From positions 762 to 64,761 of the forward strand of contig JAUWYR010000008.1 in assembly GCA_030615745.1 (NCBI GenBank): DNA of 64,000 nt, given 5' to 3'. This DNA is from Candidatus Zixiibacteriota bacterium (GTDB lineage: Bacteria; Zixibacteria; MSB-5A5; SM23-73-2). Made by a program: the position numbers and the translations under genes. Below, piece after piece: positions 42,527 through 52,566 of this stretch. The notes under the pieces are model-generated. The model was not told where the DNA came from. It saw nothing but the letters and a program-made list of their open reading frames with translations, and did not search any database. The first letter of the stretch is position 1. Each line of letters opens with the position of its first letter.

Positions 42527-42976
42527 TCATAGTTCCTCAACCACCTTATCAAGTTCAAATTGGGTTAGTAAATGTAAATTTTTCTTGGACAAGTTTAACC
42601 CCCACTCTGGCTTACTCTTCTTCCCCTCATAATCTCGACTCACAAACAAATCATTAGGTTTAACCCATACTGTTGATGGAATGAGAAATATTTTTGGAGG
42701 CACACCTTCAGAAAAGAGGACAATCGCTGCAAGTAAATTTTTCCTCAGGTTGAATTTGCCCTTTGGAAAAAAGATATAATTCAATCTTCGCACAGATTTT
42801 ACCTGAACATCATAATAGCTATTTTCACCTTTTCGAATTATAAAATCAATACCTTTATCATCTACCTCAGAGGCATAAACATCAAAACCTGCCAATGTAA
42901 ATTCCATCTTTACGAAGTATTCGGCATATCGACCTAATTGTAAGCGGCTCAGATGATTCCATTTAAATTTGTTCAT
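42527..42976 (-). CDS. hypothetical small protein, possible PD-(D/E)xK nuclease fold
   Basis: 'FDVYASEVDDKGIDFIIRK...YYDVQVKS' resembles D...(D/E)xK; weak. Confidence 0.3.
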   Translation of the reverse strand: MNKFKWNHLSRLQLGRYAEYFVKMEFTLAGFDVYASEVDDKGIDFIIRKGENSYYDVQVKSVRRLNYIFFPKGKFNLRKNLLAAIVLFSEGVPPKIFLIPSTVWVKPNDLFVSRDYEGKKSKPEWGLNLSKKNLHLLTQFELDKVVEEL

Positions 42977-43099
42977 CGATTATTCCTCCAAATGCCCACT
43001 TTCGTATTATTCCTTCATATCAGACCACTTTGGACTTAGAAGCGACAGTGTTGCATATACACCCTTCAGGCTGAATCTGTTTTTTCCAATTTCTTGTTA

Positions 43100-43258
43100 C
43101 CCACGAAGACCTTCACTCTGGTGAGATTTCAAGCCGCAAGTTGTTTTAATCTTTTCATGGTAACGGACAAGGTGTCCGTTACCAACCATGGGTGGTTGAC
43201 AACTCTTTTTGTCAAGCAGTCCTACGGACATGCTTGACCTACGAGACTCCCGAAGTAT
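43100..43258 (-). repeat. copy B of the roughly 150-nt multi-hairpin leader element
   Basis: see copy A. Confidence 0.75.
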
Positions 43259-43343
43259 TGGGAGAATTTTTTTCTTCGCTTTTATTTTTGTCCATATCTA
43301 ACACCAATATATATAATCTGATCACTAACCACTAAAAACTAAT

Positions 43344-43407
43344 ACCTATTACCTACTACCTACCACCTACTACCTACCACCTATCACCTATTAGCTACCA
43401 CCTATTC
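43344..43407. repeat. CCTACY hexamer array
   Basis: 'cctattacctactacctaccacctactacctaccacctatcacctattagctaccacctatt'. Confidence 0.8.
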
Positions 43408-43926
43408 AAACACAATCAAAACCTCATCTTTCTCAACCGGCTGACCGGGCTTTACATTGATCTGTTTGATCTTAGCATCGAATGATGCTTTGAGCTCATT
43501 CTCCATCTTCATCGCCTCAACAATCACCAAACCATCTCCAGCCTTAACTTTATCCCCTTCATTAACCTCAACTGCAACAACTAATCCTGGCATGGGTGTT
43601 TTGAACTCCTTCTCGACTTTAGTTTTTGATTTAATCCCGGCAAAATCTTTTAATTTGGCAAATTTTTCATCCTCTAAAATACATTCGTACTTCTTACCCT
43701 TGATCGTGACAAAATACTTTTGCGTAGCATCTTGACGACCAGAATCAACGTTCACCTCAGCATCATATGAGCGGTTATCCAAAAGGAAAGATAAAAAATT
43801 TGGAGGCTTAACCAAGGTGAAATCAACTGAAACTGGAATGTTATCCAAGATCACCTCGAGTTTATCATCTTTCTCCTCGATACTTATCTTAAATTTTTTA
43901 TCTTTTATTTTAGCAATATACTTCAT
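43402..43926 (-). CDS. biotin carboxyl carrier protein, second paralogue
   Basis: 'IVEAMKMENEL'. Confidence 0.75.
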   Translation of the reverse strand: MKYIAKIKDKKFKISIEEKDDKLEVILDNIPVSVDFTLVKPPNFLSFLLDNRSYDAEVNVDSGRQDATQKYFVTIKGKKYECILEDEKFAKLKDFAGIKSKTKVEKEFKTPMPGLVVAVEVNEGDKVKAGDGLVIVEAMKMENELKASFDAKIKQINVKPGQPVEKDEVLIVFE

Positions 43927-45438
43927 TTAAAAACCGAACCTTCTTAACCCCATCCTTCTTCCCTCGATTTTCCAGGGGCTTTCTCTAAACTTTTTTTCTT
44001 TTAAGGTTTTAATCTTCTTTTTTTCTTTGAAGTCAGTCAAAGCACAAAGCAAAGCAATCACTTTGTAAAGTTCATCATGGTCAACCGTGATTTCTTTTTT
44101 TCCAAACTCCTCCTGAATAAAATGGGTTGATATATCCCCTTTTATAAATTTCTTGTTATCCATAACCTGGAGGTGAAATGGAATAGTGGTTGCAATTCCG
44201 GATATATGATATTCCTGAAGTGCCCTCTTCATTCTACAAATAGCCTCATTCCTGGTGCTCCCCCAGGTTAAAAGCTTGGAGATTATAGGGTCGTAATATA
44301 AAGAGACTTCACAACCTTCGTAAAGACCTGAATCTACCCTTATCCCAGGACCTGAGGGCTCAAGATAGGAGCTAACAATTCCTGCAGATGGCAAGAAATT
44401 GTTATAAGGGTCCTCAGCATAGATCCTGCACTCAATAGACGCACCGCTCCACCTAACATCCTCCTGTTTAAAGCTTAGCTTTTCTCCTGATGCGATCTTC
44501 AACTGCTCCTTGACAATATCTATTCCAGTAACAAGCTCGGTTACAGGATGTTCCACCTGAAGACGGGTATTCGATTCCAAAAAATAGAAGTTTTTATCTT
44601 TATCCACTAAAAACTCCATGGTCCCAGCACTAACATAACCTGATGCCTTAGCAGCCATAATTGCAGCATCACCCATTCTTTTTCTCATATCCTCATCTAC
44701 CACAGTTGAAGGGGATTCCTCAATTACTTTTTGATGCCTTCTCTGAATGGAGCACTCCCTCTCACCTAAATGGATTATGTTCCCAAATTTATCTGCTAAG
44801 ATTTGAAACTCTATATGTCTTGGCTTCTCCAGGTATTTCTCAATGTAGATCCTCTCATCCCCGAAAGAGGACTTGGCTTCAAAAGATGCACCTCTGATCG
44901 CCTCCTTCATCTGCTTTTCACTTTCCACAATCCTCATCCCCTTGCCCCCACCGCCTGCTGCTGCTTTGATTAGAACCGGAAAACCGACCTCTTTAGCAAA
45001 GGAAATCGCATCATTCTCCGATGCAATCATATTCTCCATTCCGGGTACAATCGGCACCCCAGACTCAGAAATTGTCTTCCTTGCCCTCATCTTATCACCT
45101 AAAAGCTCAATCGCTTTTGCTGGAGGACCGATAAAAACCAGACCTTTTTCTTCAACCAGTTTGGCAAATTGAGGATTTTCCGCTAAAAACCCATACCCTG
45201 GATGAATAGCCTCAGCATTTGATTTTTCTGCCACGTTAATAAGTTTTTCCATAACCAGATAGCTCTGATTGGAAGGGGGAGGACCGATAAAATAAGCCTC
45301 ATCAGAAAGCCTCACATGTAAAGATTTTCTATCGATCTCAGAGAAGACCGTAACTGTTTTTATCTCCATCTCCTTGCAAGCTCGGATAACCCTTACCGCA
45401 ATCTCTCCGCGATTAGCTATGAGAATCTTTTTGAACAT
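43927..45438 (-). CDS. biotin carboxylase, second paralogue
   Basis: 'ILIANRGEIAVRVIRAC', 503 aa. Confidence 0.85.
   Translation of the reverse strand: MFKKILIANRGEIAVRVIRACKEMEIKTVTVFSEIDRKSLHVRLSDEAYFIGPPPSNQSYLVMEKLINVAEKSNAEAIHPGYGFLAENPQFAKLVEEKGLVFIGPPAKAIELLGDKMRARKTISESGVPIVPGMENMIASENDAISFAKEVGFPVLIKAAAGGGGKGMRIVESEKQMKEAIRGASFEAKSSFGDERIYIEKYLEKPRHIEFQILADKFGNIIHLGERECSIQRRHQKVIEESPSTVVDEDMRKRMGDAAIMAAKASGYVSAGTMEFLVDKDKNFYFLESNTRLQVEHPVTELVTGIDIVKEQLKIASGEKLSFKQEDVRWSGASIECRIYAEDPYNNFLPSAGIVSSYLEPSGPGIRVDSGLYEGCEVSLYYDPIISKLLTWGSTRNEAICRMKRALQEYHISGIATTIPFHLQVMDNKKFIKGDISTHFIQEEFGKKEITVDHDELYKVIALLCALTDFKEKKKIKTLKEKKFRESPWKIEGRRMGLRRFGF
45410..45437. repeat. 28-bp direct repeat (copy 1 is the biotin-carboxylase start codon region); copy 2 at 46261..46288
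   Basis: 'attagctatgagaatctttttgaacata' is identical at both sites and flanks the HEPN/MNT cassette. Confidence 0.9.
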
Positions 45439-45456
45439 AAGATTAGTTTTACGAAG

Positions 45457-45858
45457 TTATATCCAATCTCTTTTTTTTAAATATCTTTCAACTTCTAAGT
45501 TAAAACTACTTGCATCTTCTATCTTTTGTAAAGCCTCCTCTTGAGCAATTTCAGTCAAAGCATTATAATCTGCACTCAATCGGTCTTCAAAAGCTTTAAC
45601 ATATTTTTCATAGAACATAGGATTTACTTTTTTGGTTTTGAAAAAGTGTTGATTTAAAAGTGCTATCACGCCTGAATGTTTTGAAGTGTCCAACTTTTCG
45701 GTCCTCAACAGAGCGCAGGCTGCATAAAACATAGAATAATATGCTTTGGATACAGCATCTCGAAATTTTTTATGTCGGATAAGCAATTTGACAGTTTCTA
45801 AACACTCTTTACTCAAACTGAAAAGTCTTCTTACTTCTAACTTCTTTATTTCTTCCAT
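45457..45858 (-). CDS. HEPN-domain protein (toxin-antitoxin component)
   Basis: 133 aa; 'AVSKAYYSMFYAACALL' HEPN helix; overlaps the MNT gene by 13 nt. Confidence 0.7.
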   Translation of the reverse strand: MEEIKKLEVRRLFSLSKECLETVKLLIRHKKFRDAVSKAYYSMFYAACALLRTEKLDTSKHSGVIALLNQHFFKTKKVNPMFYEKYVKAFEDRLSADYNALTEIAQEEALQKIEDASSFNLEVERYLKKRDWI

Positions 45859-46202
45859 AGATCAATCCCATCTTTAACTATATTTTCATATAAGCAAGTC
45901 TCAGCTTCCTTGTTAAGATTATATTCTTTTTCATCCATAACCAGTAAGGATATTAAAAACTTATGATTGTATTTTCCCATCACTTCAAAGGTTTCATCAA
46001 AGAATTTATCTCTCATCTCCCACATATCTTTGTCAACAATAGCTAAAATGTCAATATCAGAATTCTTATGAGCCTCACCTCTTGCTTTTGAACCATAAAG
46101 CTTCAAAAGCAAAAGCCTATCTCCATACTTTTTGACCAACCTATTTTTCACTTCTTCGATAGCATCCTTTTCCTGTTTGGATAACCCTTTTATTTTCAAC
46201 AT
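45846..46202 (-). CDS. minimal nucleotidyltransferase (MNT) paired with HEPN
   Basis: 'LYGSKARGEAHKNSDIDILAIV' nucleotidyltransferase GS...DxD motif. Confidence 0.75.
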   Translation of the reverse strand: MLKIKGLSKQEKDAIEEVKNRLVKKYGDRLLLLKLYGSKARGEAHKNSDIDILAIVDKDMWEMRDKFFDETFEVMGKYNHKFLISLLVMDEKEYNLNKEAETCLYENIVKDGIDLWKK

Positions 46203-46260
46203 ATCCGAGTTTACTTATAGTTACTTAATTTAGTAGTCCTTTTTTAGCTACGTCCCCTAG

Positions 46261-46288
46261 ATTAGCTATGAGAATCTTTTTGAACATA
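46261..46288. repeat. 28-bp direct repeat copy 2 (ectopic duplicate of the biotin-carboxylase start)
   Basis: identical to 45410..45437. Confidence 0.9.
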
Positions 46289-46356
46289 TTGATCCTAAAG
46301 TAAAAAAGTATCTAAAGCACGTATAAGAAGATTACGTCACAAAAGCTTCTCTTCTA

Positions 46357-46474
46357 TTACCTATCACCTACCACCTATTACCTACTACCTATTACCTACC
46401 ACCTATCACCTACCACCTATTACCTACCACCTATCACCTACCACCTACCACCCACTATCTACTGCCTATCTACA
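46357..46474. repeat. CCTACY hexamer array, about 19 units, abuts the carboxyltransferase stop
   Basis: 'cctatcacctaccacctattacctactacctattacctaccacctatcacc...'. Confidence 0.85.
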
Positions 46475-48020
46475 ACGGAATATTCCCATGTTTTTTCGGC
46501 GGATTCAAATCCTTTTTTGTCTTCAACATCGATAATGCTCTGATCAATCGCGGTCGAGTGTGTTTTGGCTCTATAACATCGTCAACATATCCGCGTTCAG
46601 CAGCGGAGTAGGGATTGGCGAATCTTTCCCTGAACTCCTGAACTTTTTCATCAGTAACCTTGTCAGAATCAGGAGCCTCTGCTATCTTCTTTTTAAATAT
46701 TATCTCCACCGCTCCTTTTGGACCCATAACTGCTATCTCTGCTGTGGGCCAGGCATAGTTAATATCTCCCCTTACATGCTTTGAGTTCATGACATCGTAG
46801 GCGCCACCATAAGCTTTTCTGGTAATCACAGTAACCTTGGGAACTGTCGCCTCGCAAAATGCATATAACAACTTTGCTCCATGTTTGATTAGCCCTCCAA
46901 ACTCCTGTGCGGTTCCAGGCAGGAAACCAGGAACATCAACAAAGACCACTAAGGGGATATTAAAAGCATCGCAGAACCTGACAAACCTCGCTCCTTTAAG
47001 TGAGGAATTAATATCCAAGACACCGGCTAAAACAGCTGGCTGATTTCCAACAATTCCCACAGGTTTTCCTGCCAACCGCGCAAATCCCACTACTATGTTC
47101 TGGGCATAATCTTTGTGCACCTCCAGAAAATCACCATCATCCACTACCCTTTTTATCACATCTTTAATATCATAGGGCTTGGCCGGGTCATCAGGAACTA
47201 TGTGATTTAGCTCCTCATCAGCTCTATCAGCAGGGTCTGAAAAGTCGATCTCCGGGGGGTCCTCCATATTGTTTAGGGGAATAAATCCGAAAAGTTTTCT
47301 CACCAGCAAAAGTGTTTCTCCCTCATTCTCACTTACAAAATGAGCAACACCAGATTTTGTGGAATGAACTTCTGGCCCGCCTAATTGCTCGAAAGTTACC
47401 TCTTCATGAGTAACTGTTTTAACCACGTTCGGTCCGGTAACGAACATATAGCCTGTCCCTTTAACCATGAAGATAAAATCTGTTATCGCCGGCGAGTATA
47501 CAGCTCCACCAGCACAAGGACCTAAAACAACTGAGAGCTGAGGTATCACACCTGAGGCTAAGGTGTTGCGCAGGAAAATATCAGCATATCCACCTAAGCT
47601 AACCACACCCTCTTGAATCCTTGCTCCTCCTGAGTCATTTAATCCGATTACCGGAGCTCCCACCTTCATCGCCACATCCATTATCTTGCAGATCTTCTCA
47701 GCATGAGCCTCAGCTAAAGAACCTCCAAATGTGGTGAAATCCTGGGAGAAGATAAAGACCAATCTACCATCTATTGTTCCATAGCCGGTCACAACTCCAT
47801 CTCCAAATATCCTCTGTTTGTCCAATCCGAATTCCGTGCACCTGTGCAAGACGAACATATCGAACTCCTCAAGACTCCCCTCATCCAAAAGTAGATCCAA
47901 TCTCTCTCTGGCAGTGAGTTTGCCTTTTTTATGTTGAACATCTATCCTTTTTTGTCCCCCTACTAATCTTGCCTCTTTTTGCTTTCTTTTTAAAAGCTCG
48001 ATCTTCTCCTCAATTGACAT
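46470..48020 (-). CDS. propionyl-CoA carboxylase beta / methylmalonyl-CoA carboxyltransferase subunit
   Basis: 516 aa carboxyltransferase; 'GGARIQEG' and '[14 protein letters not shown]' motifs. Confidence 0.8.
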   Translation of the reverse strand: MSIEEKIELLKRKQKEARLVGGQKRIDVQHKKGKLTARERLDLLLDEGSLEEFDMFVLHRCTEFGLDKQRIFGDGVVTGYGTIDGRLVFIFSQDFTTFGGSLAEAHAEKICKIMDVAMKVGAPVIGLNDSGGARIQEGVVSLGGYADIFLRNTLASGVIPQLSVVLGPCAGGAVYSPAITDFIFMVKGTGYMFVTGPNVVKTVTHEEVTFEQLGGPEVHSTKSGVAHFVSENEGETLLLVRKLFGFIPLNNMEDPPEIDFSDPADRADEELNHIVPDDPAKPYDIKDVIKRVVDDGDFLEVHKDYAQNIVVGFARLAGKPVGIVGNQPAVLAGVLDINSSLKGARFVRFCDAFNIPLVVFVDVPGFLPGTAQEFGGLIKHGAKLLYAFCEATVPKVTVITRKAYGGAYDVMNSKHVRGDINYAWPTAEIAVMGPKGAVEIIFKKKIAEAPDSDKVTDEKVQEFRERFANPYSAAERGYVDDVIEPKHTRPRLIRALSMLKTKKDLNPPKKHGNIPL

Positions 48021-48030
48021 AAAATTTCTC

Positions 48031-48870
48031 CTAAATTGAAACTTTTAAAGGGACTATTTTATCCTCTATTTTTGTTAACCTGCATAATTTTATATCTAAA
48101 TCATGGTCAAAAGCAAAAAGCCAATCTTCATCTAAAGCCTTCTGGATAAAATTTTTTTTAACTTTCATCGTTTGCATAGGATGGGTATCAACGCTTGCCA
48201 CATAGGGAATCTTAAGATGATATATAGTTGGAATAATATCTCCCGGGCAAAGGATTTTTCTTTTTTCTGATTTGATCAAAACCGCCTGATGCCCCTCAGA
48301 ATGACCTCCAGTAGGGATAACCAAAACATTTGGTATAATCTCCTTTTCTCCATCTACTAATTCTAAAAGATTGTGTTGCTTTAAGAGGAAAAAATTCTCA
48401 AAGATGTAAGTCGCATATGTCCTTTCATCAGGACTTAACGCATCCTCAAATTCTTTTTTCTGAACAATATGTCTTGCATTAGGGAATTTTGGAATTTTTT
48501 TACCATTTTCATCAAATTTTATCATCCCTCCAGAATGGTCGAGATGAAGGTGGGTTGATATAACTACATCTATATCCTCTGGCTTTAAATTAAACGATTT
48601 GAGATTTTTTTCTAAAGAGGAATTATTCTTGACCCCGTAGATTTTTTTTTGTTTCTCAGAAAGGGTATCACCTATACCTGAATCAACAAGGATATTTCCC
48701 TTTTTTGATTTTACCAGAACAAGGTTTAAATCCAAATCCACTCGATTGAACTCATCACACCCTGTAAGCTTTTCCCAGATAATCTTAGGAACAACTCCGA
48801 ACATTGCCCCACCATCGATTTTGAACCGATTTTCAACAAAGATGTGAATTTCAAAATCTCCGAATTTCAT
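48031..48870 (-). CDS. MBL-fold metallo-hydrolase
   Basis: 'HLHLDHSGG' metal-binding motif. Confidence 0.6.
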   Translation of the reverse strand: MKFGDFEIHIFVENRFKIDGGAMFGVVPKIIWEKLTGCDEFNRVDLDLNLVLVKSKKGNILVDSGIGDTLSEKQKKIYGVKNNSSLEKNLKSFNLKPEDIDVVISTHLHLDHSGGMIKFDENGKKIPKFPNARHIVQKKEFEDALSPDERTYATYIFENFFLLKQHNLLELVDGEKEIIPNVLVIPTGGHSEGHQAVLIKSEKRKILCPGDIIPTIYHLKIPYVASVDTHPMQTMKVKKNFIQKALDEDWLFAFDHDLDIKLCRLTKIEDKIVPLKVSI

Positions 48871-48911
48871 AACAATCCTTTTTGGGAGGGGATAAACCCC
48901 TCCCCTACGAT

Positions 48912-50054
48912 TTATCTTAAATAGCTTGCGGAGATGACCAGTCTCTGTATTTCAGATGTTCCCTCGTAAATCTCAGTTATTCTTTGGTCACGATAAAGCT
49001 TCTCGATATCGGAGAACTCTCCAATATAGCCGTATCCTCCATGAATTTGCATAGCCTTATTTACGCAGAAATTCGACGCTTCAGAGGCGAAAAGCTTTGC
49101 CTGGGCCGCATCTTTTGTGAACCTCTCCCCTTTATCCTCTAAGGAGGCTGCTTTATAAGTTAAAAGCCTTGCCGCCTCCAATTTAGTGCTCATATCTGCT
49201 ATCATCCACTGGATCGCCTGAAGCTTGGCAATAGGAGCTCCAAACTGCTCGCGAGTCTTAGCATATTTTACAGATTCATCAAATGCTTTTTGTGCGATCC
49301 CAACTGATTGAGCAGCAACTCCAATTCGTGCGCTGTCCAAAGTTGCCAATGCAATTCTGAAACCCTTTCCGGGCTCACCTAAAAGTTGTGATTTAGGAAC
49401 TTTTATATTCTCCAATTTCAACCTACCGGTAGTTGCTGCTCTCAAACCCATCTTCTGTTTCAATGTCTCACGGGTAAGCCCCTCAACAGGAGCTTCAAGT
49501 AATAGTGCTGAGACTTTGTCTTTTTCACCCTCCTTCACAATTTTGCAGATGAGAACTATCAGATCAGCTATATTTCCATGCTGGATGAATATCTTCTCTC
49601 CATTTATTATGTAATAATCATCATCCTCTTTTGCAGTGGTCTGTTGATTGCCAGCATCAGAACCAGCATTGGGCTCAGTCAAAGCGAAAGCTCCAACAAA
49701 CTCCCCTGAGCACATCTTTGGAAGATACTTCCTTTTCTGCTCCTCAGATCCGAACTTCTCAATAGGATAGGATGCTAAATTGGATACCGCCATGATAATC
49801 GCAGCTGAGGCATCGAACCATGCGATCTCCTCGATCAATGCAACATAATCCAATTTGCTTCTTCCCAACCCTCCATACTGCTCGGAAACCGGGAAAGCGA
49901 CGAATCCCTTTGCTGCCATCTTTTTAAAAAGTTCCATTGGGAATTCAGGAGCACCCCGATCCAGCTCTCTTGCGATTGGCAAAATCTCCTTCTCCCCAAA
50001 CTCCTTAGCTAAATCCCTCACCTTCTGTTGAGATTCAACAAGATTATAGGTCAT
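48912..50054 (-). CDS. acyl-CoA dehydrogenase
   Basis: 380 aa ACAD fold. Confidence 0.85.
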   Translation of the reverse strand: MTYNLVESQQKVRDLAKEFGEKEILPIARELDRGAPEFPMELFKKMAAKGFVAFPVSEQYGGLGRSKLDYVALIEEIAWFDASAAIIMAVSNLASYPIEKFGSEEQKRKYLPKMCSGEFVGAFALTEPNAGSDAGNQQTTAKEDDDYYIINGEKIFIQHGNIADLIVLICKIVKEGEKDKVSALLLEAPVEGLTRETLKQKMGLRAATTGRLKLENIKVPKSQLLGEPGKGFRIALATLDSARIGVAAQSVGIAQKAFDESVKYAKTREQFGAPIAKLQAIQWMIADMSTKLEAARLLTYKAASLEDKGERFTKDAAQAKLFASEASNFCVNKAMQIHGGYGYIGEFSDIEKLYRDQRITEIYEGTSEIQRLVISASYLR

Positions 50055-50072
50055 CTTCCCTCCTGTTTTTAA

Positions 50073-50292
50073 ATGTTATCTTTCTGTTATTTTCTTTCTA
50101 AGGTTCATTCTATCTGCCTACGACCTACTGCCTACTTTCTCCTTTTCTCAAATCTCTTTCTCAACTCTCAACTCACAATCTCGTTTCCCGTTTCTCGTTA
50201 CTCGTTTCCCGTAAACTCTCTACTGCTGTCTGCCTACTGCCTACTGTCTACTGAATACTTTCTTTCTCAAATCTCTTTCTCAAATCTCAAGT
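50073..50292. repeat. composite repeat, about 1.5 units of the same family as 40372..40734
   Basis: High identity over 'tctcaactcacRatctcgtttcccgtttctcgttactcgtttcccgtaaactct...ctgcctactg'. Confidence 0.85.
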
Positions 50293-50712
50293 CTAAAATA
50301 GCTTTTCCTCTTTCCTTCTTTTAGGAATTTCCTCTTTGAGATATTCGATCGCCTCACTCGTAATTGCACCAGGGGTGAAAAGTTTTCCCACCCCCATCTT
50401 TTCAAGCTTCTCAATATCCTCTTCAGGAATTATCCCACCACCGAAAAGAAGAATGTGCTCAGCTTTTTTCTCCCTTAAAAGATTTAAGACTACTGGAAAA
50501 AGAGTCATATGAGCACCAGATAAGACGCTCATTCCAATAGCATCCACATCCTCCTGGATAGCAGCTTCAGCAATCATCTCTGGTGTTTGTCTGAGACCAG
50601 TATAGATAACTTCAAAACCAGCATCCCTGAAAGCAGAGGCGATAACTTTAATCCCTCTATCATGCCCATCCAACCCCGGCTTAGCCAGCAAAACTCTGAT
50701 TTTACGTTCCAT
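50293..50712 (-). CDS. B12-binding small subunit of an acyl-CoA mutase
   Basis: 'GHDRG...GG' cobalamin-binding DxHxxG-type motif '[10 protein letters not shown]', 139 aa. Confidence 0.8.
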   Translation of the reverse strand: MERKIRVLLAKPGLDGHDRGIKVIASAFRDAGFEVIYTGLRQTPEMIAEAAIQEDVDAIGMSVLSGAHMTLFPVVLNLLREKKAEHILLFGGGIIPEEDIEKLEKMGVGKLFTPGAITSEAIEYLKEEIPKRRKEEKLF

Positions 50713-50789
50713 AAAGCCACCTCTTTTACTTCTTTGTTTTCACCTTTGCCCCTTGGATTTCACTTTTACCTCTAAACATAAGCACTAAC

Positions 50790-50880
50790 ACCTATTACCT
50801 ACTACCTACCACCTATCACCTACCACCTACGACCTACCACCTAAAACCTATCTTCCTTGCAACCTGCATCTTGCAACTTG
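50790..50880. repeat. CCTACY hexamer array followed by CTTGCA repeats
   Basis: 'cctattacctactacctaccacctatcacctaccacctacgacctaccacct...cttccttgcaacctgcatcttgcaacttg'. Confidence 0.8.
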
Positions 50881-50883
50881 AAA

Positions 50884-52557
50884 CTAAAACATCGGAGCCT
50901 CCTGATATTCGCCAAATACCTCTCTTAAAACATCCACGATCTCACCCTCTGTTGCATAGCATCTTACACAATCCAGAATCACCGGCATAGTATTTTCTGT
51001 TCCCGAAGCAGTTTTTTTTAGCTCTTGTAAGCCTCTCTTTACCTTATCGTTATCCCGCGTCTGTTTAACTTTCTTAAGATTTTCAACCTGCTCTCTCTCA
51101 ACTTTCTCATCTATCTTCACAATAGGAATCTCTATTTTTTCACCAGGAATTATAAAATCATTGAGTCCAACAATTATCCTCTCTTTTTTTTCAATCTCCC
51201 TTTGATATCTATATGCGGCATTGGCAATCTCTTTTTGAAAATATCCCTCTTCAATACACTTCAATACTCCTCCTCTTTTCTCTATTTCTTCAAAATAACG
51301 CTCAGCCTCATTTTCCATCTTATTGGTCAGAGTCTCAAGATAATAAGAACCGGCAAGAGGGTCAATAGTATCTGCCACAGCACTCTCATAGGCTATGAGT
51401 TGCTGTGTTCTCAAAGCGATCTGAACAGCTTGCTCAGAGGGTAAAGCCAGGGTCTCATCCATCGAATTGGTGTGGAGGCTCTGAGTCCCTCCTAAAACTG
51501 CAGCTAAGGCTTCAAAAGCTGTTCTCACTATGTTGTTCTCAGGCTGTTGGGCAGTTAAGGTGCATCCTGCGGTCTGGGTGTGAAATCTTAAAAGCCAAGA
51601 TTCCTTCTTTTTAGCCTTATATTTTTCTTTCATATGACGAGCCCATATCCTCCTTGCAGCTCTATATTTAGCTATCTCCTCGAAGAAATCCAGGTGTGAA
51701 TTGAAGAAAAAAGACAATCTTGGAGCAAATGAGTCCACATCCAAACCCGCTTTTATCCCTGCCTCAACATAGGCAAATCCATCTGCCAAGGTGAAAGCTA
51801 ACTCCTGAACAGCGGTGGAGCCAGCTTCCCTGATATGATACCCGGAGATCGATATGGTGTTCCACTTAGGAACATGCTGGGAGCAAAACTCCATAATATC
51901 GGTGATTAACCTAATTGAGGGCTCAGGTGGGAAAATCCACTCCTTTTGAGCAATATATTCTTTTAAAATATCATTCTGTAAAGTTCCGGTGAGTTTCTCC
52001 GATAAAACCCCCTGTTTTTCTCCCACTGCCACATACATAGCTAAAAGGATGGAAGCTGGTGCGTTGATTGTCATAGAGGTTGAGATCCTGTCCAAAGAGA
52101 TTTTAGAAAACATGGTCTCCATATCGTCTAAAGAATCAACCGCAACCCCGCATTTTCCGACCTCACCTTTGGAACGCAGGTGGTCTGAATCATATCCCAT
52201 CAAGGTTGGAAGGTCAAAGGCAACCGAGAGTCCGGTCTGCCCTCTTTCTAAAAGAAAATGGTAACGCGCATTGGTCTGCTTTGGAGTCCCCATTCCTGAA
52301 AACTGACGCATGGTCCAAAGTTTACCCCGATACATATTATGCCTTATCCCTCGTGTATAAGGATACTCTCCAGGAAAGGACAGGTCTTTAAAATAGTCAA
52401 AATCATCTAAATCATCTGGAGTATAAAGAATCTCTACAGGAATTTTTGAGTGGGTCTGATATTTTTTCTCTGGATTTTTATTTTGAACTTTTTCCTCCCA
52501 CCTTTTTTTCTCCTCTCTGATCTTTTTTAAACTTTCTCTTTCAGACATATAAATCAC
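50884..52557 (-). CDS. acyl-CoA mutase catalytic subunit with Phe/Gln pocket (isobutyryl-CoA-mutase-like)
   Basis: 557 aa; 'MRQFSGMGT' and 'ILKEYIAQKEWIFPP' at the positions where methylmalonyl-CoA mutase has Tyr and Arg. Confidence 0.7.
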   Translation of the reverse strand: MIYMSERESLKKIREEKKRWEEKVQNKNPEKKYQTHSKIPVEILYTPDDLDDFDYFKDLSFPGEYPYTRGIRHNMYRGKLWTMRQFSGMGTPKQTNARYHFLLERGQTGLSVAFDLPTLMGYDSDHLRSKGEVGKCGVAVDSLDDMETMFSKISLDRISTSMTINAPASILLAMYVAVGEKQGVLSEKLTGTLQNDILKEYIAQKEWIFPPEPSIRLITDIMEFCSQHVPKWNTISISGYHIREAGSTAVQELAFTLADGFAYVEAGIKAGLDVDSFAPRLSFFFNSHLDFFEEIAKYRAARRIWARHMKEKYKAKKKESWLLRFHTQTAGCTLTAQQPENNIVRTAFEALAAVLGGTQSLHTNSMDETLALPSEQAVQIALRTQQLIAYESAVADTIDPLAGSYYLETLTNKMENEAERYFEEIEKRGGVLKCIEEGYFQKEIANAAYRYQREIEKKERIIVGLNDFIIPGEKIEIPIVKIDEKVEREQVENLKKVKQTRDNDKVKRGLQELKKTASGTENTMPVILDCVRCYATEGEIVDVLREVFGEYQEAPMF

Positions 52558-52566
52558 CTCAAAAAT

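Noticed and set aside
42527-42976. IS200/IS605-type TnpA for the 149-aa protein flanked by hairpin elements
   Set aside because: No HuH motif or catalytic Tyr pattern. The flanking elements are direct, not the left-end/right-end hairpins expected.
18343-50880. CRISPR array interpretation of the hexamer and composite repeats
   Set aside because: Units are 6-14 nt, degenerate and contiguous with no unique spacers. No cas genes are present.
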